Origin: an uncultured Methanosarcinales archaeon
GTDB taxonomy: Archaea > Nanobdellota > Nanobdellia > Woesearchaeales > GW2011-AR9
NCBI GenBank assembly: GCA_964498285.1
Contig: CAZCGN010000001.1
Span: 100,150 to 164,149 of the forward strand
Length of the DNA: 64,000 bases
Direction of reading: 5' to 3'
Position numbers and translations under genes: made by a program. Position 1 is the first letter of the stretch. Every line of letters begins with the position of its first letter. The notes under the pieces are model-generated. The model was not told the DNA's origin. It saw only the letters and a list, made by a program, of their open reading frames with translations, and made no database searches. Positions 59,933-64,000 of the stretch are shown piece by piece.

Positions 59933-60349
59933 TTACTCAATTTTCAGCTCTTTGCCAAAAAACCGGCTCACAATCTCACTTAATATCTTCAGATTACTTC
60001 CACCACGGCCGATGATTTTACCCTTCGTTGTTTTTTGACTTTCGATAATAACAATTGCATCATCTCTTTCTTCAATAGATTCAACTTTAAGAGGGTAAAT
60101 GAGCCTTTCAACAAAAGTTTGTGAAGATGAGCTAAACTCAACGATTCGAATCTTTTTATTCAAACGTTGTTGTAACCTTCGAACATTTTCAGCGCCTTTC
60201 CCCAGCGCTTTGCCTAAAAATCCAGGATTTACAATAAAGTAGATGGCATCTTCAGTTGGAAAAGAATCGCGAACGTGCGTGCGTGTGATCTTCTCAAAAA
60301 TCGTAGAATACCCTAAATTTTCTAAATCAATTTTAACACGTTGCGCCAT
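59933..60349 (-). CDS. nusA: Archaeal NusA-like KH-domain protein
   Basis: Two KH motifs (GKALGKG, IIGRGG); conserved position between rpl30e and rps12. Confidence 0.9.
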   Translation of the reverse strand: MAQRVKIDLENLGYSTIFEKITRTHVRDSFPTEDAIYFIVNPGFLGKALGKGAENVRRLQQRLNKKIRIVEFSSSSQTFVERLIYPLKVESIEERDDAIVIIESQKTTKGKIIGRGGSNLKILSEIVSRFFGKELKIE

Positions 60350-60382
60350 CCGTTACCTCTTAAAAAGAATATAGTACACCTT

Positions 60383-60667
60383 TCATGCTTTTGCAAGTCC
60401 GATCACACTTACAAAAAAGTTCTTCTTTACAAGAACACCAATTTCCTCATTATCTTGTTCAAGCATGATTATCTCAACTCCTGCAACTTTACAATAATGT
60501 TCAAGATCTTCTTGTAGGTCTTGAGGGGTGTTCTTTGCTAAAAATACTTTTTCAATTTTTCCTTCATTAAGAGCCTTAAGGGTCTCTTTGATGCCAAAAA
60601 GTGCACGACCAGAATCTGCTGCTACTTTTACTTCTTGAACTTTTTCGTCTACTTGTTTTTTTGCCAT
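60383..60667 (-). CDS. rpl30e: 50S ribosomal protein eL30
   Basis: L7Ae/L30e fold G.KETLK..LAKN.P..EIG; conserved position after rpoA''. Confidence 0.85.
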   Translation of the reverse strand: MAKKQVDEKVQEVKVAADSGRALFGIKETLKALNEGKIEKVFLAKNTPQDLQEDLEHYCKVAGVEIIMLEQDNEEIGVLVKKNFFVSVIGLAKA

Positions 60668-60747
60668 AACTTCTTTCGCCAACTTGGAGCGAGGTGAGAC
60701 TTACAAGTCCCACGAATCGACCAAATAGGGCCTCCTTTGAGCTTTAT

Positions 60748-61893
60748 TTATTTCATTTTGGTCACAAGACCAGGAAGTCCAGTCCCGATTGGTACTGGCT
60801 GATTTATCATTACGTTCTCAACGACTGACCGTAGCTTATCTTCTTCACCCTCTAAAGAAGCAGTAATAATATGCTTAATTGGGGTTTCGAATGAACTTCG
60901 TGCAAGAACAGAGGATTTATCTTTTACAACACCAAACCGTGTTATTCCTTTTACTGTTCCACTCACACACATTATGTCTGCAACAAGCATAATGTGGCGT
61001 GCATCGATATTTAAACCTTGAGCATCAATAACCTTGTGAACTTCATCAATTACTGCCTGACGTGCCGCTTCAATTCCGAGCACTGCAAAAATTTCATGAA
61101 TATCGTTACAGGTGGTTCGCGCAATATCAACTTCTGGCATATCTAAAATTGCTTTAAGATTAATTCCAGAGGTGAGAACAACATATTCTTCTCCTCGTTT
61201 TACTGGAAGAACCTGGTTGACACCCTTAACACCACGCAAAGGTATCTTTTTAATTTTCTGTTTTAGCGCATAGACACTTTTCAGATCATCAGCTTTTGCA
61301 CTTTTTGGTTTGAGAACAAATCCGTCTTCACTTTTTGTTGTTGTAAAGTCTTTTACTTTTGCTTTAACAACTTTAACAACATCATCATGACTTATCTTAA
61401 GATCTTCAAGCATGGTCTTATTGAGTGTTACTGTAAGCTCTTGATCAAGAATATTAATTGTAAGATCTAAAAGCACCTCAGAAAGCTTTGTTGCTTTAAT
61501 ATGAATCGCAAAATCTCGTACTTTCTCAAGAGTGTTATGTGCAGAGTTTAGATAAATTTCCATCATTGGTGTTTTGATCAATTTTCGCGCATCAAAAATT
61601 TCGATTATTCGAGGTAGTCCAACAGTTACGTTCATCTCAGCCACTCCTGCAAAATGAAACGTATTAAGTGTCATCTGTGTTCCTGGTTCACCAATACTCT
61701 CAGCACTCACAAGTCCTACACTCTCACCCGCATTCACTTTTGTTCGGTCAACTTCAAACGAGATTTTTTCTAAGATTTTAGTTGCTTGCGCTTTGGTAAC
61801 GCTTTTGGGAAGTTCAGATTCAATCTGTGCAAGAACTTTTGCTGAAAGCACATTTTTGTACTCATCTACTACTTTTTGAACATCAGCCTTCAT
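60748..61893 (-). CDS. rpoA2: RNA polymerase subunit A'' (Rpo1C)
   Basis: [18 protein letters not shown] trigger loop, GLPRIIE, LGIEAAR, GTG. Confidence 0.96.
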   Translation of the reverse strand: MKADVQKVVDEYKNVLSAKVLAQIESELPKSVTKAQATKILEKISFEVDRTKVNAGESVGLVSAESIGEPGTQMTLNTFHFAGVAEMNVTVGLPRIIEIFDARKLIKTPMMEIYLNSAHNTLEKVRDFAIHIKATKLSEVLLDLTINILDQELTVTLNKTMLEDLKISHDDVVKVVKAKVKDFTTTKSEDGFVLKPKSAKADDLKSVYALKQKIKKIPLRGVKGVNQVLPVKRGEEYVVLTSGINLKAILDMPEVDIARTTCNDIHEIFAVLGIEAARQAVIDEVHKVIDAQGLNIDARHIMLVADIMCVSGTVKGITRFGVVKDKSSVLARSSFETPIKHIITASLEGEEDKLRSVVENVMINQPVPIGTGLPGLVTKMK

Positions 61894-64000
61894 TTTCTAT
61901 CACCAACAACACTTTGAATAATTCCTTTAACATCAATCTCTCCTGCTTTAGTTTTAGAGACATCTAATCCATCTTCACCATACTCAAACTGAACAATTTT
62001 GCTTCCTGCATCTCGAACAGTACCATCATACTCAACCTTAAGATCTTGCATAGCGTTTGACAAACGTCTGTATAAGTACCCGGACTTAGGTGTCCTAAGA
62101 GCAGTATCCATTAATGCATCACGACCAGTCATTGCGCCAAAGAAAAATTCGTTTGGAGCAAGACCACTCTTAAAGTTGTTTCGAATAAATCCTCGTGCTT
62201 TAGGGGACAGATCTTCTTTTCCAAAATATGAGAGTGTTCTGCCAGTAAAGCCTTTTTCAATACGTTTTCCACGCAGAGCTTGCTGACCTACAACCGCAGT
62301 CATTTGCGCAATGTTCAAAACATTTCCTCGCGCACCAGACCTTGCCATAACTAACGCAGCATTTTCTTTAATTTGCCTCATTGCAATATCCCCACCCTTA
62401 TTACGTGCTTTGTTAAGAACCTCAACAACACGAAGTTCAAGTGTTTCTTCAATTGTCCTTCCTGGAAGCGCTTGAAGTTTCCCTTGATGGAATGAAGCAA
62501 TCAGATCATTTGCTTTTTGAATAGAATCTTCAATAACTCCAAGTACATCTTTAGAGGTTTCAGAAAGTAAATCTAGATCTCCTACACCAATTGAAAAGCC
62601 TCGTCGTAAAAGTACATTAATCCCTAATTTAGAAATGTTCCCAAGAAGTTTTATTGTAAACTCAGGCCCATACTGAGCATAGATATTTCTGAGCATAAGT
62701 CCACTCTCTTCTCCTAAATTTGATTTATCCATTAATCCACATTCCAATAATCCGTTAATAATTTTTACATCATTACGACTCTTGTCACGTCCATAGAAAG
62801 TAAAATCTGCAGGTAAAAGAGCCGAGAACACTTCTTTACCATCAATCTTTTTCTTTTTAGGAAGACGCGAAAGATCATCAACACCACTTGCATACAGAAG
62901 ATCTACTGCTTCCTCATATGAAAGTACTAATTCCTTTGTTAAAAGGTAATTACCTGTAATTGCATCATGGATACAACCAACCACACTTAATCCGTCACGT
63001 GGACTGATTATCTGTGTTTGAACAAGCATAAGTACTTCAGCTTCTGCCCGTGATTCTTCCGTTTGAGGGATATGTAAGTTCATTTCATCTCCATCAAAAT
63101 CGGCATTATATGGATGACATACAGAAGGATTTAGTCTAAATGTTTTGCCTGGAAGCACACGAATTCTGTGACACATCATACTCATTCTATGTAATGATGG
63201 TTGCCTATTGAACAGAGCAACATCACCATCAATTAGGTGTCTCTCAACAACATACCCAATCTCAAGTTCTTCAAGAATTTCTTCTTGAGTTTCTGCAGTT
63301 ATGGTTTTACGACGACCATCTGGTTTAATAATATAATTTGCTCCAGGATACGTCTTAGGACCGTTTTGAATGAATGTTTTAAGATATTCAATGTTCCATT
63401 CAGTTACACGCTCTGGAACTGTTAGGTGCATTGCCATTCTAAACGGCACACCCACTTCATTAATACTAATCATAGGATCTGGACTAATAACTGTTCGTGC
63501 TGAAAAATCGGTACGCTTTCCTGCAAGGTTATGCCTGATTCTCCCTTCCTTACTTTTAATTCTGCTCGTGATCGTTTTAAGAACCTGACCACTTCTGTGT
63601 CTTGCAGGCGGAAGCTGTGAAACATTATTATCAAAGTATGTGGTAATATGATATTGTAACAAATCCCATAAATCCTCAATGATGATTTCAGGTGCACCTG
63701 CATTTATATTTTCAAACAGTCTTTGGTTAATACGTACGACATCGCCAAGTTTGTGCGTTAGATCATCTTCACTTCTCTCTCCAGTTTGAAGTGTAATGCT
63801 TGGCCTCATGGTCACGGGCGGAATGGAAAGAACAGTAAGTACCATCCACTCTGGCCTTATTGCTTTTGGATTAAACCCGAAAAGTGGCAAATCTTCGTTT
63901 GCAATCTTTTCAAGACGTGCACGCACCTCAATTGGGGAGAGTTTTTTCTCATCATCATAATATGTGTACGGTTTATCAATCTTAATTGTTCCTTGTTTAG
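61890..64000 (-). CDS. rpoA1: RNA polymerase subunit A' (Rpo1N), 5' part outside window
   Basis: NADFDGD catalytic motif, NRQPSLH, SGYLYRR; frame stays open to the window edge. Confidence 0.96.
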   Translation of the reverse strand, partial: KQGTIKIDKPYTYYDDEKKLSPIEVRARLEKIANEDLPLFGFNPKAIRPEWMVLTVLSIPPVTMRPSITLQTGERSEDDLTHKLGDVVRINQRLFENINAGAPEIIIEDLWDLLQYHITTYFDNNVSQLPPARHRSGQVLKTITSRIKSKEGRIRHNLAGKRTDFSARTVISPDPMISINEVGVPFRMAMHLTVPERVTEWNIEYLKTFIQNGPKTYPGANYIIKPDGRRKTITAETQEEILEELEIGYVVERHLIDGDVALFNRQPSLHRMSMMCHRIRVLPGKTFRLNPSVCHPYNADFDGDEMNLHIPQTEESRAEAEVLMLVQTQIISPRDGLSVVGCIHDAITGNYLLTKELVLSYEEAVDLLYASGVDDLSRLPKKKKIDGKEVFSALLPADFTFYGRDKSRNDVKIINGLLECGLMDKSNLGEESGLMLRNIYAQYGPEFTIKLLGNISKLGINVLLRRGFSIGVGDLDLLSETSKDVLGVIEDSIQKANDLIASFHQGKLQALPGRTIEETLELRVVEVLNKARNKGGDIAMRQIKENAALVMARSGARGNVLNIAQMTAVVGQQALRGKRIEKGFTGRTLSYFGKEDLSPKARGFIRNNFKSGLAPNEFFFGAMTGRDALMDTALRTPKSGYLYRRLSNAMQDLKVEYDGTVRDAGSKIVQFEYGEDGLDVSKTKAGEIDVKGIIQSVVGDRK

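Overview
AT-rich archaeal chromosome segment, most consistent with a DPANN lineage such as Woesearchaeota (inference). Supporting features are the split RNAP rpoA'/rpoA''-eL30-nusA-uS12-uS7 cluster, proteasome beta next to aCPSF1, Mre11, RadB, Kae1, archaeal CCA-adding enzyme, bacterial-type GyrB, almost no biosynthetic genes, and many TTTA(T/A)A boxes about 25-30 nt upstream of start codons. The window also holds a 2310-aa Cys-rich surface protein, a copper-resistance cluster, a membrane glycosylation operon and four tRNA genes: Thr-UGU (one intron), Ser-UGA, Arg-GCG and Arg-CCU (three introns). The most striking signal lies directly downstream of the triple-intron tRNA-Arg. It is a box C/D guide RNA enclosed in its own perfect bulge-helix-bulge motif, so it is predicted to be excised (and possibly circularised) like an intron that has no host tRNA. 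Its guides match anticodon exon/intron junctions of pre-tRNAs and possibly the 23S peptidyl-transferase centre. No CRISPR array or intact mobile element was found. All calls come from motif recognition by eye; no searches were run.
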